Shown: piece by piece, positions 30,231-33,024 of the stretch | Position numbering within the stretch: position 1 is the stretch's first letter | Layout of the letters: each line of letters starts with the position of its first letter | Assembly: GCA_008369845.1 (NCBI GenBank) | Contig: MRSU01010140.1 | Location: 1 to 33,024 of the forward strand | Reading direction: 5' to 3' | Source: Trichomonas gallinae | Taxonomy: Eukaryota | Length of the DNA stretch: 33,024 nt | Notes under the pieces: generated by a model | The model's database searches: none | What the model saw: the letters and a program-made list of their open reading frames with translations, nothing else | Told to the model about the DNA's origin: nothing | Made by a program: the position numbers and the translations under genes

Positions 30231-32591
30231 ATGGAGAAAGAGCTCCTCGAGCAAGCTCAGAAGCTATTAACAGAGAAAACAAACGAGAAAACACTCATCT
30301 GCAATTACGTTGAAAAGTACAATGATAATAACGACGGCCACCAGAAGAGAATCCTCGTTGTAACTGAATACAGAATAGCTCTTTACAAAGGCAAGACGAA
30401 AGTCGAATTCAGCCGCGAGCGCTGGTGGGTAGATATCACAAAAATGATTTGGAACGAAGATATCAAGAGATTAGACTTAATCTTCAAAATTGATCCAGAA
30501 ACTAAAAAACCATTGCAAGTTCGTTTCACATGCGATGAAGTTCTCAAATACAGAGAGCTCATAGCTAACTATCTTACTCGTATCCTTCCTCCAGTTCAAA
30601 TTGAAGAAGCTGGAATCAAACAGTTCGTTACACAACACAAAAAGGCTGTCGCTATCTCAGCCATCAAGCGCCTCAACGCTTATACATACAGCAGAGATAA
30701 GACAGTTGACAGCACAGCTCGCAATCATTTCATTGGAATGGTCAAGTACAGATTCGAGAAAGTCAAGCTCCCAGGTTCATCAACGGATAAGGCCTTCTTC
30801 GTCGCCGCTGCCCAGGCTAACCCAGCTTGCGAGCATCTTTATCTTTACGATGAATCTGAAGACGTTTTCTCCGTTATCGCCACAATTCCATCTGGTTACT
30901 CTCCGTTCAAGCACATCACCTTTGATTCACCAAATGCATTCAAAATCGAGTCTATGTTCAACTCAATCAAAGCAAGAAAAGTCGCATTATTCCACACAGA
31001 TGGTTTTACATTCAAGGACGCTCAGCTCGAGCCAGCTAAGGTTGAGAAGCTCGCAGAAATGATGAATTTCAAACAATTCAAGGCATTAACGTTCACTAAC
31101 GCTCTCAAGCCAGAATCATACGAACCATTCGTCAACACATTCCTCATAGAATCTGTTACATCTCAGCTTCAGTACTTCGGCTTAGAACAGTGTCCAAACG
31201 TAAATGTTGAAGAAATCTGCGCAAAAGTTCCAAATGTTGTCGCTCTTTCATTCGCTAAGAACGGGCTTGAAATCGGCCAGACTCTTAAGACAATTTCAGG
31301 CGCTAACTTACAACATTTAAGAGCAATCAACTTATCAGGCAACAAATGCGACGAAGACACACCGTTTGGCGTCCCAGTCCCAGAGAACATCGAGTTAATC
31401 GACATCTCCAACTGCACATTCGCTAACGGCAAGCTTGTCAACTTCCTTGTTTATCTTTTCAAGTCAGATTTCAAGAAGGGCATTACAATCGTCGCCAACA
31501 ACCTTCAGGCATCCAACGAAGAGCTCGACAAGGCCCTCGACTACATCTCAACAGTCAAGAAGTGCCCACTTATCGGCCTTGCATGGAATGGCAACAATGT
31601 CAGCCCATCATTGGCCAATTTGGTCAGAGTTGCACGCCACCTTCGCATCCTCTTCCTCGACGACTGCTTCGACGCTCAATCTGAGTCAAAGGTTAAGCCA
31701 CTTGCAGCCGCGATCGAAGAACTTCCAAAATTCCGCAAACTTTCATGCAGAGGTGTTACAAAGCAGGCTGGTGCTGCTATTATTCCACTCATCAAGGCTC
31801 TCGTCAAGGTTGAGACAATCGAATACCTTGATATCGGCAACCAGGCTATCGGAAACGAGGGTCTTCATGCTGTTTCTGATATCCTCAACGCTAAGAGACC
31901 ACTTCGCTTCCTCGATATCGACGATTCCAAACCAGAAACATATGATGCCATCCAGAACATCATCGACATCTGCCAGCAGAACGGCGAGAAGATCAGAATA
32001 TCATATCCAGTCCACGATATCAAGCCATTCCTCCAGAACGATAAAGCACTCGAAGGCAAGTTAATTGTTTATCTTAACAAGTTCGCTGAAGACGAAGTCG
32101 AAGAATACCAGGCAGACGACGAATTCACGAAGCCATTCGATGTTTATGTCCATCAGCCAGAAAATGAAATCGAATTCCCACAGTTCGAGAGCCGCAACAT
32201 TACATCCTTCTTCGATGCCGCAGATGAGATCTCCGAGATCGAGGAAATCGCTTCTCCAAAGAAGAAGCGCCGTGATGAGTCAGAATCAGATTCAGATGAG
32301 TACGAAGATGACGAGAAACGCGTCAAGAAGCAGACAGAGAGAGCCTTATTCTACGCAGGCGATGGTAATACAGAGTCAGAAGCTCCAGATTCAGATTCCG
32401 CTAATAAGAAGGCAGAACAGGAGAAGATTGATCTCTGGTTCAAGGATGATAATCTTAGACTTAACCCAGATTGGGAAGATTGGCATCCAGAAGGATCGCC
32501 AGATATCTTCAAGGAGTTCGATGTCGGTCCAACATTACAGAAGATTGACAAGAAATACCACCTTGATGTCCTCCGCGAGGCTATCCAATAA
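30231..32591 (+). CDS. CARMIL-like PH plus ribonuclease-inhibitor-type leucine-rich-repeat protein
   Basis: VEKYN...QKRILVVTEYRIALY (CARMIL-type PH); LRRs LRAINLSGN, IELIDISNC, LIGLAWNGN, IEYLDIGNQAIGNEG; acidic tail. Confidence 0.8.
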   Translation: MEKELLEQAQKLLTEKTNEKTLICNYVEKYNDNNDGHQKRILVVTEYRIALYKGKTKVEFSRERWWVDITKMIWNEDIKRLDLIFKIDPETKKPLQVRFTCDEVLKYRELIANYLTRILPPVQIEEAGIKQFVTQHKKAVAISAIKRLNAYTYSRDKTVDSTARNHFIGMVKYRFEKVKLPGSSTDKAFFVAAAQANPACEHLYLYDESEDVFSVIATIPSGYSPFKHITFDSPNAFKIESMFNSIKARKVALFHTDGFTFKDAQLEPAKVEKLAEMMNFKQFKALTFTNALKPESYEPFVNTFLIESVTSQLQYFGLEQCPNVNVEEICAKVPNVVALSFAKNGLEIGQTLKTISGANLQHLRAINLSGNKCDEDTPFGVPVPENIELIDISNCTFANGKLVNFLVYLFKSDFKKGITIVANNLQASNEELDKALDYISTVKKCPLIGLAWNGNNVSPSLANLVRVARHLRILFLDDCFDAQSESKVKPLAAAIEELPKFRKLSCRGVTKQAGAAIIPLIKALVKVETIEYLDIGNQAIGNEGLHAVSDILNAKRPLRFLDIDDSKPETYDAIQNIIDICQQNGEKIRISYPVHDIKPFLQNDKALEGKLIVYLNKFAEDEVEEYQADDEFTKPFDVYVHQPENEIEFPQFESRNITSFFDAADEISEIEEIASPKKKRRDESESDSDEYEDDEKRVKKQTERALFYAGDGNTESEAPDSDSANKKAEQEKIDLWFKDDNLRLNPDWEDWHPEGSPDIFKEFDVGPTLQKIDKKYHLDVLREAIQ

Positions 32592-33024
32592 GATCCTGGT
32601 TCCAGCGATATTTCTTTTTATTCATTCTAAAATTGCATTTTATTAGAAAAATAAATAACGTTCAAATAAAAAAAAAAAAACGTAGTATTTTTCCACACAA
32701 ATCTGAATAGTTATTTTTTTAAAAAAAAAAATATTATCAGAAGTGTTTCAACTCGCTTTTTGGCTTTGTTTTAGGATTTGAGATCTCAAAGTTATAAAGT
32801 ATCATTTTTATGTCCATCTGATTAATATATGTAAGTTTCAGTTTAATTTGCAGAAATAAATTAATAATCAAAAATATTTTTGTAATCTTCATCAAATACA
32901 CATTCCATAAGAGGAATTTATAATTGTAAACACGTATAAGTAGCTGTCCTCTCAGTAAATTAATGGAAAAAGAAAAAAATACGTCGACTTTACATATTTT
33001 AAAGATTTTTAACTTAAAAATCAA

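Noticed and set aside
32737..33024. 95-aa minus-strand ORF at the window edge
   Set aside because: Non-ATG start, AT-rich composition and no motif; cannot be assessed without flanking sequence.

Overview
AT-rich, gene-dense eukaryotic DNA with apparently intron-free genes. It is most consistent with a trichomonad/parabasalid (Trichomonas-like), based on TCA(C/T)(T/A) initiator-type motifs near ATGs, TAA stops often read as TAAA, and typical expanded families (Rab, ankyrin, BTB-F5/8C, LRR, long coiled-coil). There are 13 intact CDSs: a giant coiled-coil protein, a MYST acetyltransferase, a type II CAX/Vnx1-like antiporter, CAF1 deadenylase, a BTB/F5-8C protein, a small GYF protein, two head-to-head Rabs, eRF1, TAF5, an ankyrin protein, a small coiled-coil protein and a CARMIL-like LRR protein. 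Two decayed genes that the ORF track splits or misses lie at 18.1-19.4 kb. The most unusual items are: a minimal GIGYF-like protein with a 4E-binding motif; an eRF1 with NIKN instead of NIKS in a window where every intact gene ends in TAA; phased GTCACTTTT arrays in promoters; TGACA-centred palindromes; a possible MITE; and a GC-rich stem-closed ncRNA candidate at about 12.95 kb. All family calls come from motif recognition by eye; no searches were run.
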